From Schmidtea polychroa (lineage: Eukaryota), in NCBI GenBank assembly GCA_044892525.1, contig CM097886.1, positions 28,458,001 to 28,522,000 of the forward strand: 64,000 nt of DNA, in the 5' to 3' direction. Shown piece after piece: positions 23,299-37,500 of this stretch. The position numbers and the translations under genes are program-made. The notes beneath the pieces were generated by a model. It was not told the origin of the DNA, did not search any database, and saw only the letters and a program-made list of their open reading frames with translations. Position 1 is the first letter of the stretch. Every line of letters begins with the position of its first letter.

Positions 23299-24230
23299 AA
23301 AGTTAGAATCGTGACAAAATGTGTCGGAACATAGCATGCATACCCAGAATGAAGTTTACTTAAAATGAAATATATAAACATCAAATAAACAAATAAAATA
23401 GAAAAGCATAACACACAAAAATTAAAAATATCCAAATAATAATAAATTAAAAACCAAGCAAGAAGTATTGGACGAAAACCTACTCAAATATAACCAAAAC
23501 ACATAAAACAACCAAAACAAATTCGAATAAAAGTGGTTAGTAAGCATTAAAAATTAAATTAAAGAAAATTTCAATAAAATTCTACTTAAAGAAAAATTAT
23601 CCAGAACAATCCATAAAAAATGGCGAAATCCATCATGGCCGCCAAACGACTTAATAAAAGTTAGAAAATAAATATTTAAGTTTTAAAATAATAAAAATTC
23701 TAAAAAGAATATGAGATAGATTAAATTTATCATGGAATCGTCTGAAAATGCCCATATCCATCAATGAAGCAAATTTAGTAAAAAACAATTCAAAAATAAA
23801 AACAAAAATTATGACGTCAAAATTGATAAAAATTAAAAATCGGATGTTCTAGAAATAAAATAATTCAAATGTGTTTTACTGCACTAATGCACGCACACAA
23901 ACTTGCACACTAAAATAGGGTATATAAACTAAGACATTTCGTCACTTTTCATTCTTACTCTTATGCCAAAATTTTGATTTTGATCTTTCTAAGATTGAAA
24001 GTAGGGACGATTTTGTTGTGAATTATAAATTATTATTATTTAAACCTCGTTTTCATTTTTTCAATATGCTAAAAAGGTGTTGGTTTGAGTGAGATCGTCG
24101 GTTATCATTGATTTTGAAGCAAGATCCCAGCCAACCCTACACCTATGCATCTTTTCGTTGTTGGGTCCAAAACTCAGCAACGGCTAGCGAACCCAAGTCA
24201 ATAAAATGAATTTTTCTTTCTGGTCGCCAA
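23299..24230 (+). mobile_element. Older diverged LTR head of the same family (remainder of the insertion target)
   Basis: Reverse-complement similarity to ~22230-23265, e.g. GAGTGAGATCGTCGGTTATCATTGATTTTGAAGC and CTTATGCCAAA. Confidence 0.8.
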
Positions 24231-24364
24231 AGATCTAGATGAGCTAGATGAATAATTAATTAATTAGTTTCAGCGTTACAGAGTCCAACGAGACCGTGAA
24301 AGTAGGTAAATTTTAACTAATTTGACCTTTTTCGCATTAAATTACACAATTAACTTTAACATTT

Positions 24365-24693
24365 TCGTGGGGTACTGATGATTAGATATTTTGCTTTTCA
24401 TGCTGTTACCAGCGCAACCCAGGATATAATATTGTTTTACCGCTTGATACCCGTTGAGCAATCAAAGTTGGTACTGTATCAAGTGGGTGAGTGCTCGCAA
24501 AAAGTGAGCGCACTGATTGCACTATAAATGTCGGGCACTCTTTGGGTCCACGGACTATCGATAGAAGATATGTGTCCGATTTACTCAGGTCCCTTACTAA
24601 TATTACTTTCCCTATACAAACTTTCCGTCATTAAACGATCATAAGTCATAGTAAAACATACGTTGATTTATTAAAAACCTGTTCATACAGTAC
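24365..24693 (-). mobile_element. Third, diverged copy of the LTR tail (R/U5-like module)
   Basis: Direct similarity to 1329-1672 and 17687-18030 (CTTGATACCCGTTGA, GAGTGCTCGCAAAAAGTGAGCGCACT, CGGACTATCG, CCTGTTCATACA). Confidence 0.85.
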
Positions 24694-24698
24694 GCTTA

Positions 24699-25163
24699 TC
24701 ACATCTTAGATATTTGAGTCACTTTTGATCTTTCTTGTTCTTGCTCTGTCACCCAGTCTCTCTTCAATATTTCGCGAGTATTTCGCCCTAACCGCTTGCG
24801 CTTCGGTTTGCTTGACTGTGCCGGTGGATATATTTCGGCCAGTTCTATGTGCAGTGGGCGAATCTGAGCTGCTATAGTCTCGTTGATGAATTTCTGGTTC
24901 AACTTGACTTCTAGCTTGCGTATCTGCAACTTCAACGCACGGATTTCTATTTGATCTTGTTCCGCCTGGGTCTGCAGTTGTATGATCTGGGCTGTTTGTT
25001 TTTTCATTTCAGCCGGACTAAACCAAGTGCCTTCGAATTCCCGGCACCTCCCTTTGAGTTTTTCGACCCTAACTCGAAGGTCTTCCGCTTGTTGTTGTGC
25101 CTGCTCGTGGTCCTTCCGTAAATTTTCAAATAGCTTGAACACTGAATAGAAATAATTGTTCAA
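24699..25163 (-). CDS. Coiled-coil ORF (154 codons, basic KPKRKRLGR patch) abutting the diverged LTR tail; unknown product
   Basis: GC-richer open frame with E/Q/K/L heptad-like composition. There is no ATG start (M-Y-T-stop in frame just upstream), and a possible acceptor TTCTATTCAG near 25140. Confidence 0.4.
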   Translation of the reverse strand: MNNYFYSVFKLFENLRKDHEQAQQQAEDLRVRVEKLKGRCREFEGTWFSPAEMKKQTAQIIQLQTQAEQDQIEIRALKLQIRKLEVKLNQKFINETIAAQIRPLHIELAEIYPPAQSSKPKRKRLGRNTREILKRDWVTEQEQERSKVTQISKM

Positions 25164-25707
25164 TCACGTATACATGAGGGAAATCATTAAATCAATATAA
25201 ATATTTCGATTAAAATAGATGTGAGGTGTGATATCACCTCTCTGCCATACAAATTCAGGTGTATACAGAAAACAGTGAGTCCAACTATTCGATATTGCAA
25301 TAATTTATTCAAATACCACAAAGATAGAATCAAAAAAGAGAACGCCTGAGAACAAATTGAGAGCAGCCTTATCAACGATTACTGCAAATCTTGATCGCCT
25401 GTGCTCAGTTAAGCAAGTTCACATTTCTCATTAAACATCTTTTCATATTATATTGATTTAAATAATAAATAAATATTATATAAACATTGGTTTTTTCTTT
25501 GATTTACCTCTAAAATTTCTTGATTTTTGTTAGGTGTACCTTGAACACAAAAAGCTGGCGAAGCACTAATTTACAACAAACCAGAAAGTTAAATATTTCA
25601 CTGATAAATTCACAAAGAAAAAATAATTGAACAAAATTAGAAACAATTTTATTCTTAAAAAAAAACTAGAAAATATTCCCTTATATAACTTGATTCATAG
25701 AAAAGGT

Positions 25708-28446
25708 TCATTGAGTAAACGATTGAATTTTCGCTGTAAGATCATCACAATATTTGGGTGACCTGTGTTTATTGCGCACCTTGGCAATCTCGGATATCGT
25801 GACGCATGGACTTAGTTTCCCAATCACAACCAAGGCTTCATAGACTGCCAATTGGACATCTCGGTTATTGTCATCCAAATGGATTAATAATCCACTATTC
25901 AGCTCTTCAACGTGGGCTTTATAGAGACTGGCATCGAATTTGTTACTAAATGCATTCACCCAGCTCATAATGATTTTAGTTGTGATGATTCTGATCTGAT
26001 AGACATTNNNNNNNNNNNNNNNNNNNNNNNNNNNNNNNNNNNNNNNNNNNNNNNNNNNNNNNNNNNNNNNNNNNNNNNNNNNNNNNNNNNNNNNNNNNNN
26101 NNNNNNNNNNNNNNNNNNNNNNNNNNNNNNNNNNNNNNNNNNNNNNNNNNNNNNNNNNNNNNNNNNNNNNNNNNNNNNNNNNNNNNNNNNNNNNNNNNNN
26201 NNNNNNNNNNNNNNNNNNNNNNNNNNNNNNNNNACTTCTACTACCTAATAAAAACTCACAAAGAGAGCCCTGCTATCAAAATTAGACCTATAGTATCCAA
26301 CACAAATGGATCAACAACTAAAACAAGTTGGCTCCTTTCAAAGATCTTAAAACCATTATCGGACACTGCATCACATCATCTTCAGAAAATGAATACAGAG
26401 AATATTATCAAACTTCTTACTGTTATCCTTGAGAATAAATATTTTACCTTTGAACAAAAGATTCATAAACAAGTTAAAGGTCTGCCTATGGGTTCTAGAA
26501 ATCATCTTTATGGATAACCTCGAACGACAAAAACTAAGGACCATACAATCCATCGGTTTCTATGCAAGATATGTAGATGATATCTTTTTCACGACCAAAA
26601 GCAAAGAAGTGCAAGAAAAATTTCATAGATTTAATGCGCCTCACCGATATATTAAATTTGAAATCGATTATCGGGGCGAAGATGGATCCCACAATCTACT
26701 GGACTTAAAAATTAAAATAGAAACAGATACTCCAACATGCGGATTCTACAGAAAACCAGCTCGCAAAGAAATATTTATGTAACAAAGATCAGCGCTTCCA
26801 TACTTACAGAAAGCACACGTCATAAAAAAAGAGAAACAAAAGATAGCCAATCGATGTACTGAAGAAAACAAAAACTTCAAACAACAATTAAACTTCAATA
26901 AAATCCTACACCAGCGGTTCTCAACCCGTGTTCCACGGAACATCAGTGTTCCGCGATTACGCTTCCAGTGTTCCGTGAAAAAAAATGACATTTTATCCTT
27001 AAATTTGCATTTAAGATACATATCATCAAAAACCTCAATTAATTTTTTTATAAGATGATTCAATAAGAAAGCCGTTACACAGATATATAAACATACAACT
27101 ATAAAAGTGTTTTTATTGCTTGTTTTTGTTGCGCGTGGTATTTTCTTTGCTTATAAGAAGGCATTGTTTACATTCACGACAGATTTATAGTAATTTGTGA
27201 TTGTGGGTCACTCATTGTGGGCAAGTATTTTTTTGTCAGTGCTCCGCGTAAAAAAAATCATGTGAATGGTGTTCCGCGCTTCTATATTAATTGAGAGCCA
27301 CTGTCCTACACATACACGAATATCAAGGTAAGGAAATTGAAAGAATGAATTCTAGTCCAAAAAGATCTAGGGAAATAATACAAACTGCGAGACACCGAAG
27401 AAAATATGCTTCCGAAAAAACTTTGTCTAGTGAATAACGTGCAATGTATATACATTTGAAGTATGATCAGTATCTTGCACTAAAGAATTAAAGAATATCT
27501 AGATTCTGGTGGCAAATCCTCGGTATACATACATCTCCAACAATGTCATTCAAGGAACGAAAGAAAAAATATTTCAACCGAAATCTTAGCCAATGGAAAC
27601 ATCCAAAAGAAAAATGTCAGATTGAAGGAAGCAATTCTCATCATAAACCGACGGCCAACAATCAACACTAAGGAAGAGATCAATGAAATCACCAGTCTGA
27701 TTGACCTTGAGAATATTTTCTTTTTAAAAATAATATAAATAACCAGATCAAATTTTAAGAATCATTAGGAATAAAAATAAAAATATAATTATCTTTAAAA
27801 CATTTTAAAATGCGTATATATATAGTTATTATCAAATATAATTTTTATAAATATTTTATAATATTATCTCTCTATATATAAAAAAACTAAGGGTCCCCTC
27901 CATCCGAATTTTATTTTTTTTAAAATTTTTTTAAAACTTTTTTTTAACTTTTTTAAAATTTTTTTTTAAAATTTTTTTTTAAAATTTTTTTTGTCAAATA
28001 AATAAAATACTTTTTTATTAGTTTGGCTGTTTTGGCGCAAGTCGTGTTAGATGTTTAATGGGTTTACGTCTAATCCATACCTGAACATCATTAACCCCAC
28101 GTTCTAACGGGGTTGGTGAAGCGAAGCGAACAGGGTCAGAGCCGCTAGGATATTAAAAAAAGTTAGGAACCGGTTGAAAAACTTTAAAAATTTTTTATTT
28201 TGAATTTTGAAGTAAATTTAATTTGAGAATTTTTGAAATTTTTTTAGATTTATTATATTTTGAACCAATTAATGACAATAGAAAATAGAAATAAAAGAGA
28301 AGATCAAAAAGCATTTGAAAATTGAAGCAACTAAATTCCAGGAAATTTATAATGGCTATTTTTATAGTTGAAAGTTTTTTCATTTGTATTAAATATATAC
28401 TTCGCAGTAAAATGCTTAAATTATCATTTAAGTGTTTAACAATAGC

Positions 28447-28525
<79 letters not shown>

Positions 28526-31500
28526 TAAAAGTAAGAGGAAACCTCATCAAAAGAGTCATCCATTCGTTTAATAAATGACGGATAAATGTTGTGTAAATAA
28601 TCCTGATTGACGACATTTCGAGTTAGCAAGTCATATTTTGCAACGATATCCAATGAAATTATCAATGCTTTAGCGCTGGTCATTCGTGTATCTTTTAAAT
28701 CTTCATCCAACGCAGCAACTTGTCTACTTAACAGCTCATTCCAGATTGATCCTGGGAGAAAAGAGAAAACATTGTCATTGCCGGATTCATCGGATGATTT
28801 GCAACAACCAACAAGCGTTCCCCATAAACAGGTAATTGCTATTCGCCTTAATGCTTCAGCAGTGCGGCCAGATTGCCAAATAAGATTTGGGAGAATAGCA
28901 GAATCCAACAGCCTATCGAGATGTTTGACTGTGAACATGTTCTGAATTTTTATAGATCATTATATGACCTTATTGTTTAACTTATTTTATTGATTATTGA
29001 AAGCGTTTGATAATACACGAAAAATATAATAATTAATGACTATTGTAAAGATAAACACCATAAATATTTTATTAAATTAAATTAATTTTGTTAAACTCCA
29101 GTACAGTGGTTCTCAAACTTTTCCTTATGGCAGAACGGTAGAAAACTTTCCGATGGCACCAGGGATCGGTGCTACATTTACTAATTATTTTTTTTATTTA
29201 ACCTTAAATATTTCATTTTATTTGTTCAAAGCATGCTTAGAAAATTCTATAATCTTGACTCCATCAACCATTACCGTTTAATACTAATCGTCATATAAAC
29301 TTTGTTTGCTATGTCTGTTTTAAAACTAAAAACACAATAGTAGTTTTTTTAATTTTTAGCTATGCTTAGAAGTTAAGTCTTAATATAGAAGAATATAAAG
29401 AAAATTTTAAAAAACTGTACTAAATGACATGCTTATATTTGAAGGTACGGAAAATGTTTGGAAGTATCACAAATTTAATCACAGTTCTCATATCAAAACA
29501 TACTGTAAACTTTAATTTATATTTAAGCTTTAATTTTACATTGTAAAACAAAAATAACATTAGTTAACACTTAACCCTATATAACATTCAGTGCGAACTG
29601 TGTGCCTGTTTACTATTCACGAGCTTATCCATTTGTGGCTCGATTGTTGATAGTGCTACCCGTAAAGGAGAACATGCATTCATTCTACCCATGTACTTCG
29701 TCTAAGAGGATTATTTATGCACATTATTTAAATTTACGTTTATAGTTTGGTTGTAATATTTCATATGATTTATTTTACAATGGGAAAACAGTTTAACAAT
29801 ATTCTGGCATTATTTTCCTCCTATTCAACTCACGTAGCGGACCATAACTTTGGGAACCACTGCTCTAGTAAATTCATATCATTATTTTATTTAATAAAAA
29901 GTTTAGGGTGTTTATCTTGACGATAACCAAATAAATTGAATAATTAAATTTCAAAATGTGTTGAATTTAATATAAAATAAGTACATGTAAGTTTATAATT
30001 TTGTATAATTAAAATTATACAAGTTTGATTAGATTATTTTTTTAAAATTTGTAATATTTATAGTTCGATCTTTCTATATTCATTTTGTTCTAACCATCTT
30101 TAGAACTGGTGATTAAATGTTAAGGATCATTTTATTGATGTTGATTCTATTATATTACCAGGAGAATCAAATTTATTATCTGAATCAAGTAATCAATATT
30201 GCTCAAATTTCTACATTCCTGTGTGACTTCTATTTCAAAACTTTTGTTAAATCTGATCATTTAAATATTATTTGATGTTTTAAATGTCATTAAATTAGAG
30301 TAAAATGTTTTTGATTCAAAAATTCAAATATCCTCAAATTTAAATTAATTGAGCATAGATAATTTTAAGAAATTTAATTTTTATTTAATTTAATTTTAAA
30401 TAATTTTGTAAAAAGTCGATCACTGTAGTATGTATGCAGGAAATATTGTTTCTATAGTAATCTTTTTAAGTCATACGTTCCATCATTAAACCAATGATCA
30501 TGTTGTCCAAGAAGAATTTTGAATTCAATCATCTTATGGACGCTAAACCAATATTTGAATATTTCTCTTTTGGTTTCATAATTTTCATATCAATATTTGT
30601 AAGACTATAAATCAAAACAATATATAAGGTACATGATATTTCGGCACAGTGTTTATCAAGCATTTATTTCCTGAATATTGAATAGTTTGCAATGTTAATT
30701 GGTTTATCGAATGCTTATTTGCAAACTGAACTTGAAATATTTTTCTTATATTTGTGAAATCATATTTTATTGTTGTTTCAATCGACAAAAATGTTTGGAT
30801 AAAAATTATACATGTCGTTCAGTGGTCTGTATTAGATTGAAGAATTTTTCCGCTCCTTCTAAGTAATTTTGAAAATTTCAGGTGGTTTGATAAATTAAAA
30901 CATTGATAGCATTCGTCAAATACAGGTTTTCGGTTTTAGATAAAAAAGCAGCGGTTTTTTTTCAGTTTTTTGATATTTCTTGATTGTCAAGTCATTTCTA
31001 ATCACAAATTTTTCAGAATTATTTTTTCATATATATGTAATTTTAAAAATTAAAAAAAATAATTGTAAAATTTAAATATGATTTTATAATTCATTACTTT
31101 TCATATTTTCATACATTTTATATTATATCATACCAATATCATAAACTGCTTCATTGGTAATAAAATTTCAAGGATACCAATGCATTTAATAATGTATGAC
31201 AGGATTCCCAACTTGGGAATACCAGTACCGGTACGCGAATTACTTTACTATATGTAAAAGATAAATCTATTAAAAATCTGTTTGGCGAAAAAAACATGAC
31301 TACAATAACCTATACATTTTAATATTTTACAATTTCTAATTTTCTAAAATTTTTAATCCCATTTACGACCACATATGTTTGTACAGTGTATCAAAGATTC
31401 CGAAATGGATAGCATAATTGAGACAATATTCGTCAATATCTTTATAATTTTCATAAATTTGTAATTAATACTGTACTATATCCTGTTCCAAATTTAGGTC

Positions 31501-34500
31501 AAATACAATAATAAATCTATGGCAGCGATTGGTCTATGTTATTATCTCGTAAATCGTGTTACTTGTAATTGGTGTAATGCCACATACATTGGAGAGACTC
31601 CTTGTCATCACTGTACACGAGTTCTAGAAATCCCGATTGAGTGGAAATAGCAATATTACTGAGCATAATAAGACATGTAAATTAAAAATAGGCATTTTCT
31701 AAGAATTTCAAAAACTATTAGGAAAGTATTACTTGTGAGGCCTTGATAATAACATCATTCAATCCAAAAATCAAAATTCAAAATGCATTAACCACGTGCC
31801 TGGTGGTAACAGGTGAGCTGTCAAAATATATTGCAGAAATATATTTTTAAAAATGGGGTTTCCTTATTTATATAAATAAATTACTATTTTTATTTAATAG
31901 TTTATATATTATGAATTAATGAATAATGTGAAATAATCGATAATTAAATAAGTTTAATTAATCATTACCCGAGAATTCAAAGTTACGTTGATATTAGATG
32001 TCAATTTTACGAGAGTGAGAAAGAATTTCAACCGCAGTTCCAATTCTTTGGATTTGTTTAAAGTAATTTCCAGTATCTCAATGACAGGGTCAACAAATTC
32101 ACCAATTATTGGCCCGGCAATCGTTAATAGTTTTGAGCATAGTAGTCGGTCACTACTGTGAGCTGACCAACGGTGTGATTTATCAATTAGTTCCTCCAAT
32201 AATTGTCCCAAATATTTCCTATACAACTCATTGTGATCATTCATTGAAAGTGATTGGGAAAATTTATCAAACACGACTTTTAATTGGCCATCTAAATTCA
32301 TTCCAAAATTATCACTGGCATCTTGAGTTTCATAGGAAGCGAACGACAGTGAAGAATAGAATAATTCGTATCCAATAGTTTCGTAGATCTAATTTTATTA
32401 AAATATCCATAACTTTGATTGGAAATGAAAATGTTTTACTTCAGAATGATTCGAGTTAAATCGTTCGACAATGCTTTGAACGCATCTAAGGCCAGATGAT
32501 TTGATTTTAGTAGAAAATGATCCAGAAACATCATTCAATTTGAGATAGGCGCAAATCTCATCAATAACATTTTCATTGGTTAGTTTTGCACATTCACTGG
32601 ATTCAATGATGCTGCTCAACAAGATCATCTCACCGGCCAAAAACATATCATCCGCATCACAGCGGTTAATCACTGTTCTGAGAATATGCCACCAGACCTT
32701 TGGATAATACCAAATGATTATAAAAAGGAATTCCAGACAAATTGGAAAATAATCATTACAACAATAAAAATTCAATTTTCCCGAAGGCAATAAAAATTTA
32801 AGAAACTCTACTCTAAAAATTTGGAAAGTAATTATAAAGATATTCCTTTAGACTTATAAAATTCATAATGAGTTCGGTAATAAATCTATAACGTCATTTA
32901 GTCTGTGTAAATGATTTAACTTATAATAGGATAAATTAGAGGTACTGCCCGTCATCTTCGTACACGAGCTCATTATTATATCCAACCAAATGGATTCTAT
33001 AGAATTATTTATAATAACAAAACTTTCAAGGAGAACAGATATATTCTAGGATATAATTGATCCGTGTACCTAGCATAAATTTACCCCCTCTTGTCATATC
33101 AAATACTCCCTCCGTCCGGTAATATGGTATACATTTCAACAAAAATCGTAGATTATCGTGAATATAAAAATAAATAGGCAACTGTCATGACATTGTCATA
33201 GTAAATATTCATGACAATATAACCTAAAATATTTGACTTAAGTAATATCATTCTTAGTTAAAAACTTACCGCTCAAACATCAGTGTTTCTTGAGGTAGAT
33301 AAAATTAGTACCGCTGCAAGACGAATATGGAAAATGTGGAAGTAAATTTGTTAAATTTAGAAAGAAGAGATTCAAAATATATCATTTAAGTAAAGGAAAA
33401 CTTCGTCGCGAAGGTCGACTGCTAGAAAAATATGTATGTTCTAAAGAAGCATACAATAAAGCCAAATCAAATTTCGAGTGAACTTATTAATATTAATATT
33501 TATTTTTTAAAATTTTATTTAATATTTACATTAATATTTATTAAAATGTTTCAAATAAAGGTAATATAACAAACTTGTCATGTACATTTTTTGATTTATT
33601 TTATTTTTTCGCAAATGTATACCATATTTCCGGACAACAAAAATCGCTCAAATGTATACCATATTTCCGGACGGAGGGAGTATAATACAAAATTTATTAA
33701 TAGACAAAGAATAGACTTAACTAGTAGACTACACTTAAAATGGTAACAGTAACAAAATTTCGGAAATCCTATGATTTTAAATTTATTACAGTATAAATAG
33801 AGATAAAATTAAAGTCTATATAAAGTTTATATTTATTAATGGTAGCAGCATTAATTCACAGTAAAATAATTAATAAATGATATACTTTTCTTATACTAAA
33901 AATTTAATTTTATTAAAAACAAAAATGAGAATTTTCGATTTTTTCATTGTCGAAAATTCATATTTTTGTTCCTAATAAATTTTATATTTGCTGCATATCA
34001 TTTAATTATNNNNNNNNNNNNNNNNNNNNNNNNNNNNNNNNNNNNNNNNNNNNNNNNNNNNNNNNNNNNNNNNNNNNNNNNNNNNNNNNNNNNNNNNNNN
34101 NNNNNNNNNNNNNNNNNNNNNNNNNNNNNNNNNNNNNNNNNNNNNNNNNNNNNNNNNNNNNNNNNNNNNNNNNNNNNNNNNNNNNNNNNNNNNNNNNNNN
34201 NNNNNNNNNNNNNNNNNNNNNNNNNNNNNNNNNNNNATTAATATTAATACTAATGTTATAATTTATTATTATTACTATTAATTAATTAATTAAAATAAGT
34301 ACACAAACTAGTTAATTTAAAATTTTTTCAAAACATAAAAAACAAACTTTTGGATCAATAAAATATCCTAACAAACGTGAGCTCTCTCTACAAGCTTGCC
34401 TAACTTGCTCCTCCTCATCCACCAACCCTCGAATAAGTGTTGATCCGATAAGTAATTGGCAATGTTGCGTGCAAGCTCCTTCTCCGTTCAAAATCAAATA

Positions 34501-37500
34501 TGGCAATAATTTGGCAGCCTTAATTCTCGTATTTTCCGACCAATCGGATAAATCTCGAGTTAATGCCGGTAGGATTCTTGATAACGTTCGAAACAACAAA
34601 ATTCTGCATCCTAAATCGGTTTCATTTAAAATTTTCATTTTTATTTTCAAAACAAAAATAATAATATTATAATGTTATCTTTATTCATCACAGAATTGTG
34701 AATTCGAGAAACGGTAATCTCAGTGAAAACTTAAGATATTATTTTAAATATATGCAACAAATCTTTGCAAAACTGACATTTTATTAGGGTTTTCAAGGAA
34801 TCGAAAATTCAAACGAAAGTACTTAAAAAGTGTATTTATATGCAGTACTGTTTGATGTATTGGATTCTTTTGAACTTACCATGTTTGCTCCATCTTGGCG
34901 TATATTTTAGATAACTAAAATTTATAATATTAATATGAAACAAATGATCTCTTCCAAAATGTGGAATATAATTGTAGTCACCATAGCCTTGATTACATGG
35001 TATACTGAACCTCGACTTTTACAATAGTTTATAGATTTTCTATATTGCTTAGATCAGGAAGATACATAGACCAAGAAATGACATTATTATAACAAAATGT
35101 ATTATCATGTTGCAATATGCATATGCTACCTGGATTCCAAGAATTCATCTGCGTAAGAAAGTAATTGTTTATTACGGAATTATTTGTGTGTCTTATTAAA
35201 GAGCTAAAATCTCTCATAAAGACTTCTTTCATCCTTCGTATTTATCAAATCGAAGAGTGAGATATCAGGCTTATCACAGTTGAACGATAACTGTTTGTTG
35301 GACAAATAATAGCATGCTTACTCATTTAGTTCTTACAGTTAGGAATTATGGGAACGTATTTCTTGCAAAACATGTTTTCGTTGAATACGCAGTCAATAAA
35401 AGGAAGTGAATAACTAATATCAATCAAATAAACATTAATCATCTCTTTTCTTTTATCTTTTTTACAGGTATGATTTGCCAACCACTATGCTAATTAGTTA
35501 TAAAAAGACATAAATGTATCCTGCAAAACTATAATCAACATCATGATAGGTTATCCCCTTACCTATATTCAAATTCATCTAAAATATACATTAGAACTGA
35601 ATAAAAATAGCGTTTTCTCAAAAGAAGTCCAATTAAATCAAACAGTAATGTATAAAAATAAAGACCATAACAAAATTTTGTCTATAACAATAAAAATAGT
35701 ATAATGGCGGTATTAAAATTCGAATTGAAGCGTGTAATTTAAGGCAACGAAGAATATATTCAAGGCAGTGGTCAATTATACTTTACTTTGGTTTAAAAGA
35801 GAGCACAGTTGTAATGATCACCCTTAGAAATTAATTTCTTATTACCGTCTTTTTCCGAAAATAATCGCTAGATAAAAAATGCAAAAAAAGAATTCGTTTA
35901 AAAATGCTGTTGATTTATTAAGTATAAATAATAATATGTTTAGCTTCCCCAATACTCGTATTTCAGAGAAATGCTTCAAATAAAATATTCCGAGAAAATA
36001 ATTGTTTACCTCTACAGGAATTTATCTTAAAAATACAACACGAGGCAGCAGTCTTTATTGGGCGATAGTGCAAGTACAGTAAATTCTTCATTTAAGTTTT
36101 CATTTTTTTGAGTTCCAAGAAAACTCTAACTTATCCCTCAATGGTTACCAATTAAGCCAAATGGCCATGATCATTCTGATTTATCATGTGTAAATATTTC
36201 ATCAAGAAAAATTTAATTTTTTGAATAACTAAGACTTCTTTTTAGGCTTCTCTTTTTAAAATAATTCTAAATTTTTCACAGATGAAAAATTAAAATTTTG
36301 ACAACTTATATGGTAATATTTAAAAAAATTATTACAAAAATAATTAAAAATTAATTTTTAAAATTAATTATTTAATTAATTCAATTAATCCAAACTATTT
36401 GAATTATTTAATAGATCAATTATTATTATTATCATTTTCCAACGTTCAGTTTAGGAAATAGATTTATAGAGATATTAAATAAATGAAATTAAATTTAAGT
36501 AATTAAAAATAATTAAGTTCCAATTAAAAGTAATTAAAGTGAATCCCAACCCAAATTTGGACGTTCATATTGTTGAGGGTAATTTTCTAAATTGGCATCT
36601 TCGAAATCCATTTGGTCTTTTAAATCTTTTTCATTTTCGTTTTCTTGTAAATATTTTATTCCTGAGGCAAAATGTTGAAAACGACATTGACAGAATCGAT
36701 CATTAATTTACCTATGTCATACCATAAATCATTAGCCAATTCTCGAATTTCATCTTGATTATCGATGTAACCCGATAGAAACACAGGAATTAATTTAGAA
36801 TGAAAAGAATATCTATCTGGAAGATCTAGAAGCCATTTTCCAAATACTTCAATCACAGCTTTTCTTGCATTGACATTGTCATCGAATAATCTCTGGGCCA
36901 AATTAGGACAAACTTGATCGAAAGATTTTCCATTATTATATAACATGACGTTTCCTATGCAATTTATCATATCAACTCGTACCTTGGAATGCTGATGACA
37001 CAAATTACCAATCAATGGCTTTATTAATTGATCAGCATTTCCATAAAAATTATGGTCTTTTACTTTCGATATTTCATTTATAATTGAACAGGAAATACGT
37101 TTAACTTCGGAATAATTATCCGTTAAAGTGATACAACAAATTCTAATTACGTCGGGAATAAAAACCGAGATAGTTTTTCCAGATTTTTCAATAATTAATA
37201 ATAATATTTTCATTAAAAAATACCTAATTTCTTCTGATGGTTCAATAACATCTTTATCCCCAAGTTTTTTGACAAATTCTGGTATTATAATCGGCAAAAG
37301 TTCTTCAATATTTGGCTGACGATTAATTATTTTTTGAAGAATTTCACATACAATTTCTCTATTTCTTTCTCCAGTATCAAAGATTGAATTAATAATTTTT
37401 GTGGTGACAAATAAATCATTATCGAGAGCAGAATTCACACCGATCACTTCCTTCAATATTTTCTCTAAAGCTTGTTTCCTGTTAATGCGATCCTCATCAT

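Noticed and set aside
27690-31840. Hammerhead ribozymes expected at Penelope 3' ends (near 27690 and 31820)
   Set aside because: Only degenerate CTGA..GAA traces; no intact core or stems.
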